Shown: positions 31,235 through 40,477, counted from the stretch's first letter. The stretch: 64,000 nt of DNA from an uncultured Helicobacter sp. (GCA_947177485.1 CAMWUR010000004.1:271-64270); one strand, 5' to 3'. Numbers and translations: made by a program. Notes: generated from the sequence alone by a model not told the origin.

Positions 31235-32299
31235 ATGATGAGGCTTGCCATTTTGCCTATCCTCGCGGGCGCTGTTTTTGGAATCCTCGCCCCGCTTTTA
31301 GTTTTTTTGGGCAACCCGCCCAACATGGGTGTTTGCGCCGCATGCTTTATGCGCGACATCAGCGGTGCTGTTGGGCTGCATAGCGCGGCTGTGGTGCAAT
31401 ATTTGCGCCCCGAAATCTTTGGAATCGTGCTTGGCGCGTTTGCTTCGGCGCTTGTTTTTCGCGAGTTTCGCCCGCGCGGCGGCTCTGCACCGTTTGTGCG
31501 CTTTATGCTCGGCTTTTTTGGAATCATCGGCGCGCTCGTGTTCTTGGGCTGCCCTTGGCGCGCTCTTTTGCGGCTTGCTGGCGGCGATTTGAGCGCCATT
31601 GCTGGAATCCTCGGGCTCATCGCGGGCATTTTGGGCGGCAGCTTCTTTGTGCGCGGCGGCTATTCTTTGGGGCGCTCGAACAACATGAGCCATTTTGCGG
31701 GCTTGGTGTTCGTTCTGCTCATGCTCGCGCTTTTGGCTTTTGCGTTTGTCAAGCTTTCTGACCCCGAGTGGAGTCTCATTCGTGAATCGGCAAAGGGACC
31801 GGGCAGCAACCATGCGCCGCTCGTGCTCTCGCTCGTTGCGGGGCTGCTCATCGGCGCGCTGTTTCAAAAGAGCCGATTCTGCACCGTTGCCGCCATTCGC
31901 GACCCGTTCTTGTTTAAGGACACGCGCATTTTGCAAGGCGTTCTTGCCGCGCTTGTTGTTGCTGCGCTTATGAACATCGCGCTTGGGCAGTTCCATCTGG
32001 GCTTTGCCCCGCAACCCATTGCGCATAACGACTGGCTATGGAATTTTCTCGGAATGCTGCTCGCTGGGCTGTGTTTCGGGCTTGGAGGCGGCTGCCCGGG
32101 GCGGCAACTCATCTTTAGCGGCGAGGGCGATAGCGATGCGGCTGTCTTCTTGCTCGGCGGCTTTGTGGGCGCGGCAATGGCGCATAACTTCGCGCTCGCG
32201 TCATCGCCCGCTGGAATCAGCGTAAACGCGCCGATTGCTGTGGGCATTGGGCTTATCTTCTGCCTTTGTGTCGGCTTTTTGAACCGCGCGAAAGAGTAG
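31235..32299 (+). CDS. YedE-family membrane protein (putative selenium/sulfur transporter)
   Basis: 354 aa, polytopic, with GVCAACFMRD near the N-terminus and GGGCPGRQ near the C-terminus. Confidence 0.7.
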   Translation: MMRLAILPILAGAVFGILAPLLVFLGNPPNMGVCAACFMRDISGAVGLHSAAVVQYLRPEIFGIVLGAFASALVFREFRPRGGSAPFVRFMLGFFGIIGALVFLGCPWRALLRLAGGDLSAIAGILGLIAGILGGSFFVRGGYSLGRSNNMSHFAGLVFVLLMLALLAFAFVKLSDPEWSLIRESAKGPGSNHAPLVLSLVAGLLIGALFQKSRFCTVAAIRDPFLFKDTRILQGVLAALVVAALMNIALGQFHLGFAPQPIAHNDWLWNFLGMLLAGLCFGLGGGCPGRQLIFSGEGDSDAAVFLLGGFVGAAMAHNFALASSPAGISVNAPIAVGIGLIFCLCVGFLNRAKE

Positions 32300-32300
32300 C

Positions 32301-32795
32301 CTAGCGCCGCTGCCTCGCCTGCGACACAGCCGCCATTACCCAACGCGCGAGATTCTGCTGGATATACTGCGCGGGCGATGGGTTAGCAAGGCGTGGGGGG
32401 TCATAGACTTTGATATAGTTTGCGAGGCTGGTTGTGTTATTTATTGAAAAGATTTCAAAAGGATTGCGTCCCATTTCTGAAAGATTCCCATTTCCGTCTT
32501 TGAGGTTGTGGATATAGATTCCAAACAATCCCTTGCGCTCACTCCATGCCTTTTCGATTTCGTATTGCACCCACCGCGAATCGAAAGTTTCTGCGCCAAT
32601 CAAGACAACCACGCAGGGGCGATTCTGCATCGCCTTGTCTATGGTGTTTTTCACGCGGTAGTCCCCCTCCCATTTGAGATTCTCCCATTCATCTGCGCTA
32701 TAAATGCTCTGCCCTTGGACGATTGGGTTTTTTCGGATTTGTTGCAATCTCCAGTAATCATTTTCATAATGGAAGCTATAATAAACATGTTGCAT
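32301..32795 (-). CDS. TIR-like domain protein (DUF1863 / Thoeris ThsB-like), solitary
   Basis: ORF 32301..32843, probable start MQHVYYSFHYEND. The pattern VYYSFHYEND...VVVLIG..T..S.WV.YEI..A fits the MTH538/ThsB TIR-like family. Confidence 0.65.
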   Translation of the reverse strand: MQHVYYSFHYENDYWRLQQIRKNPIVQGQSIYSADEWENLKWEGDYRVKNTIDKAMQNRPCVVVLIGAETFDSRWVQYEIEKAWSERKGLFGIYIHNLKDGNGNLSEMGRNPFEIFSINNTTSLANYIKVYDPPRLANPSPAQYIQQNLARWVMAAVSQARQRR

Positions 32796-32942
32796 ACGTT
32801 TCCTTCTTGTCTCAATCTTGTGAAGCATATTTGATGCCATCATAACAAATTTTTGTTTTTTCTTTGCTTATGCGACATCGGGAGATTCATAATGGATTCA
32901 AGGAAATTTATATATGATTATGTACAAAAAAGGACATGCGCC

Positions 32943-33536
32943 ATGTATAGGCTGATTCTGATATTGCTGTTTTCCGCGTTTGCGTGGGCTGATGAGGTGC
33001 AGATTCTCTATGCTTCAAAGGTCAAATCGCTCTACAAAGAGGGTGAGATAAAGATTGTCGGAAGGCTCTTGCCCACGGCAAAGGTTGAGGTCATGGAGCG
33101 CAAAGACGGCAGGGTCTTGCTGCGCATTCAGGGCTATGCGCCCAAAGCACAGCGGCAGGCACTCTATTTCGCGCCCAATCGGCGGATTCTCAACGCTGGA
33201 TTCTCGAAGAATGCAGGGCTTAGCTTTGAGGTGTTGCAAACCATAAACGACAGCGAGAGTCGCAGCGACTGGGAGCTCGCTAGTATCGCGCTTTGGAGTG
33301 AGGATTCGGACTTGGTCGCAGAGGTCGCGCCGCTCTATGCAGAGGCAAACGAGCTCTTCACGAGCCGCTGCTCGATTTGCCATGCGCTGCACCCCGCCAA
33401 GGAGTTCAACGCCAACCAATGGGGGAGCGTGATAAAGTCGATGAAAAGCCGCGTTGGATTCGACAGCGACACCGAGCAACTTGTGGTGCAATATTTATCA
33501 AAAAATGCGAAAGACATGCCAAAGGAAAGCAAATGA
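32943..33536 (+). CDS. periplasmic monohaem cytochrome c, partner of the S/N-oxide reductase
   Basis: ORF 32853..33536. The start at 32943 gives the signal peptide MYRLILILLFSAFAWA. One CSICH haem motif. ATGA overlap with the next gene. Confidence 0.75.
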   Translation: MYRLILILLFSAFAWADEVQILYASKVKSLYKEGEIKIVGRLLPTAKVEVMERKDGRVLLRIQGYAPKAQRQALYFAPNRRILNAGFSKNAGLSFEVLQTINDSESRSDWELASIALWSEDSDLVAEVAPLYAEANELFTSRCSICHALHPAKEFNANQWGSVIKSMKSRVGFDSDTEQLVVQYLSKNAKDMPKESK

Positions 33537-36094
33537 GCAAGAGCGACAAAACACGGGCGAGAGTGGATTTGCAAAGGCGACAGGCTTTGCACACAATGGC
33601 GAAGGGCGCAGCATTTTTCGCGCTTATTCCTTTCGTGGGTTGCGGCAAAGAGGAGCAAAAGGCGGCACAGAAAGCCGTGCAAGAGGCTGTGGCAGAATCC
33701 ACTGCAAAATTTAGCACGGATTTAGTTCTAAATGGTGATGTCGTTACGGGCGCGCACTGGGGCGTGCTCAAAGCCACGCTTAAAGACGGCAAGATTGTGA
33801 GCAGCGGCAATGCGCTAACAAGCGACATTAAGAATCCGCTACATAGCACCATTGCCGACCTCGTCTATGCGCCTACGCGCGTCAAATACCCGATGGTACG
33901 CAAATCCTACCTCGAGAATCCGAGCAGCCCAAAGCCCGAGCTGCGCGGCGCTGACGAATGGGTGCGCGTGAGCTATGAGGAGGCGATTGCGCTGATTGCG
34001 CGCGAGCTCAAGGCGACATATAAGCAAAAGGGCAAGGAGGGCGTGTTCGCGGGCAGCTATGGCTGGAAAAGCAGCGGAAATATGCACAATGCACGCATTT
34101 TGTTGCAGCGATTTATGGGCATGGCGGGCGGCTATGTGGGCACAACGGGCGATTATTCGACTGGTGCTTCGCAGGTGATTATGCCCTATGTGCTCGGCAC
34201 AATCGAGGTTTATGAGCAGCAAACGAGCTATCCTGTCGTGCTTGAGCATAGCAAGGTGATTGTGATTTGGGGCGCAGACCCGATTTTGACGCTCCGCAAC
34301 GCATGGACGACCAACGAGGGCAGGGGCCTCGAGTTTTTCGCCGCGCTCAAGAAATCGGGCAAAACGATTCTGTGTATCGACCCCGTGCGCAACGCGACAT
34401 GCGACTATCTCGGCGCGGAGTGGATTGCACCCGTGCCCAACACCGATGTGGCGCTGATGCTTGGAATCGCGCACACAATGCTCGTAAGCGGGCGATACGA
34501 TAAAGAGTTTGTCGAGACTTATACCGAAGGATTCGAGCAGTTCCGCGATTATGTGCTTGGTATGACAGATGGTATCGCCAAAGACAGCACGTGGGCAGCG
34601 GCGATTTGCGGCGTTGAGCAGTCAAAAATCGAATCGCTCGCCGCACTGTTTTTTGACAACCGCACGATGTTCATGTCAGGCTGGGGTATGCAACGCGCAC
34701 ACCACGGTGAGCAGCCGCATTGGGCGCTTATTTCGCTTTGTGCACTGATTGGGCAGATTGGCTTGCCCGGCGGCGGCTTTGGCTTGTCGTATCATTACAG
34801 CAATGGCGGCTCGCCAACGGCTGTCGCGCCTGTGATTGGCGGCATGAATCTCGGCAATGCGACAAGTGGTGGCGCAGAATGGCTCATGCAAGGCAGCGAA
34901 TACAATTTCCCGCTCGCACGAATTGCCGATGCGTTGCAGAATCCGGGCAAGACGATTGACCACAACGGCAAGAAAATCACCTATACCGACATCGACTTCA
35001 TCTATTGGGCTGGCGGCAATCCGCTTGTGCATCACCAAAACACAAATGAGCTTCTCAAGGCTTGGCGCAAGCCGCGCACAATTGTTGTGAATGAAATTTA
35101 TTGGACGCCCACAGCGCGGCATGCCGACATCGTGATGCCTATCACGACAAGCTATGAGCGCAACGATATTTCGATGAGCGGGGATTATTCGAATCTGCAT
35201 ATTGTGCCGATGAAACAGCTTGTCGCGAAGCAGTTTGAGTCGGTTGATGACTATCAGATTTTTTGTGATTTGGCAAAGGCTTTTGGCATCTATGACGCGT
35301 TTAGCGAGGGCAAGGACGAAATGCAATGGATTGCCGAATTTTACGAACAGGCGCGGCGACAATCACAGTCGCTATTGATTGAAATGCCAAGTTTTGATGA
35401 TTTTTGGAAGGCGAACAAGCCCTTGCAGTTCAATGTGCCCTTTGAATCGGACGAATGGGTGCGCTATGCCGAGTTTCGCGAAGACCCGATTCTGAACCCG
35501 CTTGGCACAGAATCGGGACGAATCGAGCTCTACTCGCGCACGATTGAGGCGATGGGCTATGACGATTGCCCACCGCATGCGAGCTGGCTTGAGCCCATCG
35601 AGTGGCAAGGAATGGCAGACAAGCCCGCCGAGTTTGCGCTGATTACCTCGCACCCTGCATTGCGCCTGCATTCACAGCTGGCAAACACATCGTTGCGCGA
35701 GGAATACGCGATTGCGGGGCGCGAGCCGCTGTGGATAAACACCAAAGACGCCGCGGCGAAGGGCATTCAGACAGGTAATGTCGTGCGTGTGAGCAACGCG
35801 CGCGGCGAGGTTTTGGCTGGTGCGTTTGTAACGGACGATATTCGCGAAGGCGTTGTGCGGCTTTGCGAGGGGGCGTGGTATGACCCAATGGAGGCGGGCG
35901 AAATCGGCAGCATGTGCAAGAATGGCTCGTCCAATGTTCTCACGCTCGACTTGCCGACATCGAAGCTTGCGAATGGAAACATCGCGCATACGGGGCTTGT
36001 TGATGTGCAAAAATATGACGGCGAGGCTGCGCCCGTTGGAGTCTTTGAAGCGCCCAAAAATATTAGCCTTTGGTCGCTGCATAAAACGTTGTGA
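33533..36094 (+). CDS. molybdopterin-dependent TMAO/DMSO/biotin-sulfoxide-type reductase (TorA/BisC family), Tat-exported
   Basis: ORF 33377..36094. The start at 33533 gives a twin-arginine leader (LQRRQALHTMAKGAAF). 853 aa of molybdopterin oxidoreductase. Confidence 0.85.
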   Translation: MSKSDKTRARVDLQRRQALHTMAKGAAFFALIPFVGCGKEEQKAAQKAVQEAVAESTAKFSTDLVLNGDVVTGAHWGVLKATLKDGKIVSSGNALTSDIKNPLHSTIADLVYAPTRVKYPMVRKSYLENPSSPKPELRGADEWVRVSYEEAIALIARELKATYKQKGKEGVFAGSYGWKSSGNMHNARILLQRFMGMAGGYVGTTGDYSTGASQVIMPYVLGTIEVYEQQTSYPVVLEHSKVIVIWGADPILTLRNAWTTNEGRGLEFFAALKKSGKTILCIDPVRNATCDYLGAEWIAPVPNTDVALMLGIAHTMLVSGRYDKEFVETYTEGFEQFRDYVLGMTDGIAKDSTWAAAICGVEQSKIESLAALFFDNRTMFMSGWGMQRAHHGEQPHWALISLCALIGQIGLPGGGFGLSYHYSNGGSPTAVAPVIGGMNLGNATSGGAEWLMQGSEYNFPLARIADALQNPGKTIDHNGKKITYTDIDFIYWAGGNPLVHHQNTNELLKAWRKPRTIVVNEIYWTPTARHADIVMPITTSYERNDISMSGDYSNLHIVPMKQLVAKQFESVDDYQIFCDLAKAFGIYDAFSEGKDEMQWIAEFYEQARRQSQSLLIEMPSFDDFWKANKPLQFNVPFESDEWVRYAEFREDPILNPLGTESGRIELYSRTIEAMGYDDCPPHASWLEPIEWQGMADKPAEFALITSHPALRLHSQLANTSLREEYAIAGREPLWINTKDAAAKGIQTGNVVRVSNARGEVLAGAFVTDDIREGVVRLCEGAWYDPMEAGEIGSMCKNGSSNVLTLDLPTSKLANGNIAHTGLVDVQKYDGEAAPVGVFEAPKNISLWSLHKTL

Positions 36095-36110
36095 TAGAGC
36101 TTATTGGTGT

Positions 36111-36137
36111 TAGGATTGTTGCTTGCAGGCAATCCTA
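36111..36137 (+). terminator. hairpin downstream of the reductase gene
   Basis: TAGGATTG-11 nt-CAATCCTA inverted repeat, with no clear U-tail. Confidence 0.35.
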
Positions 36138-36237
36138 AGTGCGCATGTTGTTTGGGGGGAGATTATGTAATGTTTTATGTTATGTCCAATAATTCAAAAT
36201 TGCTAATTAAAAGAGAGTGATAAAATAATACATTGCT

Positions 36238-36353
36238 ATTTGCCGCGTTGCTCACAAGCGGCGCAACTATTTGCTTGGAATCTCCTTTTTGATAGGCTTC
36301 CATTGCGCCTTGTGTGATTCCAAAAACTAAAATCCATTTCATGGTTAAATCCT
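36238..36353 (-). repeat. degenerate copy C of the ilvD 3' end plus spacer, abutting the M1 stop codon
   Basis: tttgccgcgttgctcacaagcggcgcaac..ttgcttggaatctcc..gataggcttccattgcgcc aligns with 40510..40600 and 38806..38900. It lacks the first ~30 nt and has a 9-nt deletion. Confidence 0.85.
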
Positions 36354-37541
36354 TTATCCAACCTTACTACCAATGTCCTTAAAGCTAGAATCTAACATGC
36401 AATTCTCCAAGCTTCTTTGGGAAAATAAAAATCGTCCATCACATACAAAACCTAGTTCCTCCCAATCTACATTATTGAGTCTCTCGCATAATTCTTGTAA
36501 GATATTAGAATCTACTTCAAATTTTGGAAAAACCGCCAAAATAGAGCCATCATAAGCCTTGCAAGAATGCAGGAAAAAAGGCTTTTTATTTCGAGTTTTG
36601 GTATTAACATAGATTCGTGGTTGTTCGCTTTTGTGGTAGTCTCTGCCCCATTGCCACCAATTGTTTTCATTAAATCTTTTAATTTTTCTTTGTAATAATT
36701 TTTGTTTAAATTCTTGCAAATATACACAATCTTTGGCATAGATTCCATAAATCATTCTTTTTGTTTTGCCACTTTTTGCCGTAGTAGAATTTACAAAATC
36801 TACATTACCCCATTGTTGATTTGCAAAAATAGAATCTGCTCCACTTACCGCACCAACTTTCACAAAAAATAATGAGCTAAAGGGAATACTATAAGATTTT
36901 TTAGTAAAAAGAATCTGCCCATTGATACAACTAAATTCCCTCAAACATTGGGTTTTTCGCCCAAAATTACCTTTTTCAAATCTCCATATCGCACAATTTG
37001 GTTGAGCCTTGTTAAAAATCTTTTTATCTCCCAAATCTATAAAATCTGTTATGCTACCTTGCGAGAATAAAAACTTATTGAGTTTTATGCTTGCTGTGCT
37101 TTTTAGAAAATCTCTAGGGGTGATAAAAATTAATTCCCCCTTATCTTTTAAATGCAAGATGGACTTATAGATAAAAAATAAATACAAATTCGAGCGAGAA
37201 TCAAAGATATTCTTATAGGCATTTAAAAGAAATTTTGTAGAATCCAAAATATCTTGATAACGCACATAAGGAGGGTTGCCAATAATGCAATCAAATTTTT
37301 CACTCACAGGATAGCTAAAAAAATCAACTTTCAACACAGACTTATCGCAAACTACTTTAGAATCTAATTCTATGCCTACTTTGTTGTTGGGTAAATTTTC
37401 AAAAAATGCTCCATTTCCACAGCTTGGCTCTAAGAATCTAGGATTAGAAAGCTTTTTTGTGCTTTGAATGAGATTTAACATATCATTGACAATATGCGGT
37501 GGTGTGAAAACTTGCCCTAAATTTTCTACATCAAGATTCAT
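36354..37541 (-). CDS. gamma-class N6-adenine DNA methyltransferase (M1), paralog of 20518..21714
   Basis: 395 aa with GQVFTPPHIV, EPSCGNGAF and GNPPYV. Collinear with the 398-aa paralog along its whole length. AT-rich. Confidence 0.85.
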   Translation of the reverse strand: MNLDVENLGQVFTPPHIVNDMLNLIQSTKKLSNPRFLEPSCGNGAFFENLPNNKVGIELDSKVVCDKSVLKVDFFSYPVSEKFDCIIGNPPYVRYQDILDSTKFLLNAYKNIFDSRSNLYLFFIYKSILHLKDKGELIFITPRDFLKSTASIKLNKFLFSQGSITDFIDLGDKKIFNKAQPNCAIWRFEKGNFGRKTQCLREFSCINGQILFTKKSYSIPFSSLFFVKVGAVSGADSIFANQQWGNVDFVNSTTAKSGKTKRMIYGIYAKDCVYLQEFKQKLLQRKIKRFNENNWWQWGRDYHKSEQPRIYVNTKTRNKKPFFLHSCKAYDGSILAVFPKFEVDSNILQELCERLNNVDWEELGFVCDGRFLFSQRSLENCMLDSSFKDIGSKVG

Positions 37542-38154
37542 AAAAATATCTCCTAAAATGGAGGTAAGCTTCGGCTCTTAGCTTTAAGGATTGCTCAAAA
37601 GTTTCAAGCAAAAATCTTTTTGCACTTTCAAAGTCTCTCGCAACAATATTGCGATTGTTATCCCATTTTGCTTGAAAGGGTAAATTATTCCCATTTGGCA
37701 AAATAGATTCTAGGCTTTTTAGCGAAGTGGCAAAAACATCGCTGGGATTATCCTTATTAATAATCAAAAAACAATAATCTTTTGTGTTTTCTTGGATATT
37801 TTCTTTAAGATTTTTAAAATAGCAATCCCAACTTACACCATTACCAAAAGGCGGAATCTTGCCTGTTAGGGCATAATATATTCCAAGTTTGCAATTAAGA
37901 TTATCGGTAGTTTTTGTTGTGCTTACCTTGATATTAACAGGGTAAAAACTATTATTTTCCTCAAAGCTGAAATCTATCCAATCACGCATATTTGGACGAT
38001 TGATTGCAAAGTTTGATTCTAAGCATTTAAAAATTTCATCCTCATTAAAGGCAGAATTTATCCTACCATCTCGACTTTGCTTACTTAAAGCAATTGGGTT
38101 TATTTGTAAAAACTCTACAATTTGAATAAGCAAATTTGGCATAACTTGGCTCAT
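37531..38154 (-). CDS. putative type II restriction endonuclease (R1) partnered with M1
   Basis: 207 aa with an 11-nt overlap with M1. Possible PD-(D/E)xK-like core DWIDFSF...VNIKVS (MspI/HinP1I-style D..N.K). Assigned by context only. Confidence 0.45.
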   Translation of the reverse strand: MSQVMPNLLIQIVEFLQINPIALSKQSRDGRINSAFNEDEIFKCLESNFAINRPNMRDWIDFSFEENNSFYPVNIKVSTTKTTDNLNCKLGIYYALTGKIPPFGNGVSWDCYFKNLKENIQENTKDYCFLIINKDNPSDVFATSLKSLESILPNGNNLPFQAKWDNNRNIVARDFESAKRFLLETFEQSLKLRAEAYLHFRRYFYES

Positions 38155-38169
38155 TTTATTTCTTTATCC

Positions 38170-38778
38170 TCAAACTTGGTTCTGCTGTCTATCTACATTC
38201 TCTGCAGCCAATCTTTCTTGTATAATTTCAATTAGAACTTCGCACAATACATCAAAATAGCCATATTCAAAGTAAAAATACTCCACCTCCTCTGTTCGTG
38301 CCCTTTCACTCATATATCTAAATTGAGTAAAGATGTCTTGATTATTTACCAAAAGACTTTTTATGTCTTTTTCTCTTTTTTTATTAGGTGGTGTAGAATT
38401 ATTAAATTTTTCTTTTGAGTTTTCAGAGGTAACACCACGAATAAATAACTCTGGTATTTTCTTGTCTCGAATGTAAATATTATATTTGTTGCAAATTGCA
38501 TCTTGAGTATCTTTGTCTATTTTTTCAAATAGTTTATATAAATCATGTGTTCTATCTGGCTTCTCTCCACTTTCTCCCGAAATAATAGTTTTCAATAGTA
38601 GCTCAATAGCTAAACCATAATTGGTAGCTGATGCAAAAAGCTCAAATGGAGTCATGCTTCGTTTTGCCTCATGTATTTGAGTGTAGATTCTAGCTAACGA
38701 CCAAAAACAAATTGCGCTTCCATATGAAGTTATATAATCATTTTCCTCACACCCTTTAAATTTTTTATTTGTTGCCAT
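38170..38778 (-). CDS. HEPN-like domain protein (202 aa) immediately upstream of R1-M1
   Basis: ORF 38170..39009 trimmed to the ATG at 38778, the first codon after repeat B. YGLAIELLLKTIISG..KPDRTHDLYKLFEKI and FTQFRYMSE resemble the HEPN (PF05168-type) helices. Confidence 0.5.
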   Translation of the reverse strand: MATNKKFKGCEENDYITSYGSAICFWSLARIYTQIHEAKRSMTPFELFASATNYGLAIELLLKTIISGESGEKPDRTHDLYKLFEKIDKDTQDAICNKYNIYIRDKKIPELFIRGVTSENSKEKFNNSTPPNKKREKDIKSLLVNNQDIFTQFRYMSERARTEEVEYFYFEYGYFDVLCEVLIEIIQERLAAENVDRQQNQV

Positions 38779-38996
38779 TTTCACATCTCCGTCTTCAACG
38801 CCGCGCCATTTGCGGCATTGCTCACAAGCAGCGCATAGCGGCGCAACCATTTGCTTGGAATCTCTTTTTTGATAGGCTTCCATTTGCCTTACATGCTTCC
38901 AAAAACCAAAGTCCATTTCATAATTAAATCCTTTATCCAACTTTGCTGCTAATGTTCTTAAGCTAGAATCTAGCATACAATTCTCTAGACTTCGTA
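38776..38996 (-). repeat. copy B: ilvD 3' end (about 125 bp) + spacer + 3' fragment of an M1-type methylase gene
   Basis: 38776..38903 is near-identical to 40478..40603. 38904..38996 aligns with 36325..36415 (spacer plus M1 codons RSLENCMLDSS...) with a 1-nt deletion that removes the stop. Confidence 0.9.
38933..38996 (-). pseudogene. 3'-terminal remnant of an M1-type methyltransferase gene
   Basis: It translates as RSLENCMLDSS, as does the M1 C-terminus. It is frameshifted after DSS and truncated at the HNH-gene stop. Confidence 0.8.
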
Positions 38997-38998
38997 CA

Positions 38999-39574
38999 TT
39001 ATTTTTCATATTGCCTCAAATATTCTATTACTTTTTCTAAAAATTTTGGATTATCTTTAAACCTACCAAGTCCAGTATTGCAACTATCGCATATCCACTC
39101 TCTACCTTCACCTGTTTCATGATTATGGTCTCGAACAAGATTTGCTGTAATTCCTACAATGCTTCTTTTTTCACAAATTGGACATGTGAAAACACTGCCT
39201 TTTGGTGGCGCAAGTTTGTCCATTCGTTTCTTTTCAGCAATAGAAAGCTTTACGCCATCAATTTGTTTTCTACATTCTCTGCAACTCGGTCTTGTTGTTT
39301 TGTTGCCTTTTGCATCGGTTTGATTTATTTCAAAATTATCGGTATTTTTTAAGATATGACAAATATTGCAAATTTTAACATCAAACCCCTTTCCTGTTTT
39401 ATAAATATCAATAGATTCCAAATCTTCATATTTCATTTTCTTAATCTCATTAACGCCTATAAATAAAACCATTGCAAAATTTCCATTAAGAGCCTTAACA
39501 ATACCCACAGAATTTTCTGCTATATTGTCAATTTGTTTATTCGCAATTACAAAACTATCGATATTTATATGCAT
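38999..39574 (-). CDS. HNH / endonuclease VII-type (beta-beta-alpha-Me) nuclease with Cys4 zinc sites; putative restriction endonuclease (R2)
   Basis: 191 aa with VRDHNHETGEGREWICDSCNTGLGRF and the pairs CNIC, CRECR and CPIC. Its size and layout recall Hpy99I. 10-nt overlap with M2. Confidence 0.6.
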   Translation of the reverse strand: MHINIDSFVIANKQIDNIAENSVGIVKALNGNFAMVLFIGVNEIKKMKYEDLESIDIYKTGKGFDVKICNICHILKNTDNFEINQTDAKGNKTTRPSCRECRKQIDGVKLSIAEKKRMDKLAPPKGSVFTCPICEKRSIVGITANLVRDHNHETGEGREWICDSCNTGLGRFKDNPKFLEKVIEYLRQYEK

Positions 39575-40380
39575 AAGACATTCCTATATTTATCTAGTCT
39601 TTTTCTTGCCATCTCAATATATTCTTGACTTATATCTACTCCTATAAAATTTCTTTTGGCTAAAAAAGCCATTTTACATGTTGTGCCAGAGCCACACATC
39701 GGGTCAAATACAATATCTCCTTCATTGCTCCAAGATAAAATATGGTCTTGTGCAAGCTGTTCAGGATACATAGCTGGATGTTGAAAGGCTTCCCTATCAT
39801 TTGTTGTTCCACCAAGTCCTACTGCATAATACCAAATGTTCGTTTTTGTTTTTTCTTTTTTTAGCTCCTTTAGAACCTTATGGTTTTTTCCATCTGATTT
39901 TTTGTTGGCAACCAACATTTCTAAGCCGCTTCTTGCAGTTTCTTCTTTTAGAGGATTAAAGGTTTTTGGCTTTCCTTTAGAAAAAACAAACATATATTCA
40001 TAACTATTGGTATAAGCATTTGAGCGCATAAAAGGCGTATTTTTCTTTGCATATATCATTGTGTCATGCACGTTAAACCCAATTTGTTGAAAATATAAAG
40101 CCTGTTTAAAGCTCGTTAAACTTTTATTGCCATTTTTGATTTTATCGCCCACAACCCAAACAACAACACCGCCATTTTTTGTAATTCTAAAAATTTCATT
40201 GGCAATATTTTCAAAATCAAAGTTATATCCATTGTAATCTCTTAGGTCATCATAAGGCGGAGAGGTTACAATCAAATCAATACAGTTATTGCTTACGTTG
40301 TTTTGCATAAAATGTACACAATCATCTACATAAAATTTATTTAATAAATGATTATAGTTTTTGTAAATTGTTTGTGTCAT
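39565..40380 (-). CDS. beta-class N4-cytosine/N6-adenine DNA methyltransferase (M2)
   Basis: 271 aa with DLIVTSPPY (SPPY motif IV) followed by the C-terminal FDPMCGSGTT (motif I). Confidence 0.85.
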   Translation of the reverse strand: MTQTIYKNYNHLLNKFYVDDCVHFMQNNVSNNCIDLIVTSPPYDDLRDYNGYNFDFENIANEIFRITKNGGVVVWVVGDKIKNGNKSLTSFKQALYFQQIGFNVHDTMIYAKKNTPFMRSNAYTNSYEYMFVFSKGKPKTFNPLKEETARSGLEMLVANKKSDGKNHKVLKELKKEKTKTNIWYYAVGLGGTTNDREAFQHPAMYPEQLAQDHILSWSNEGDIVFDPMCGSGTTCKMAFLAKRNFIGVDISQEYIEMARKRLDKYRNVLCI

Positions 40381-40477
40381 TTTTGCTCCTTTCGTCTCAA
40401 TATAATATATCTATAATTGTACTATCCTAATATAATTTGCAACAAATACGGAGTGTTTGTAGCACCAAAAGTCAATG

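Noticed and set aside
32301-32843. A complete Thoeris system around the TIR-like gene.
   Set aside because: Neither neighbour is ThsA/SIR2/Macro-like. The flanks are a YedE-family transporter and a cytochrome c, so only a solitary ThsB-like gene can be claimed.
38779-39009. N-terminal 77 codons of ORF 38170..39009 (MKNNVRSLENCMLDSS...[16 protein letters not shown]).
   Set aside because: This part is read-through of repeat B. It consists of a frameshifted methylase 3' stump followed by the ilvD 3' end translated out of frame. The real start is most likely the ATG at 38778.
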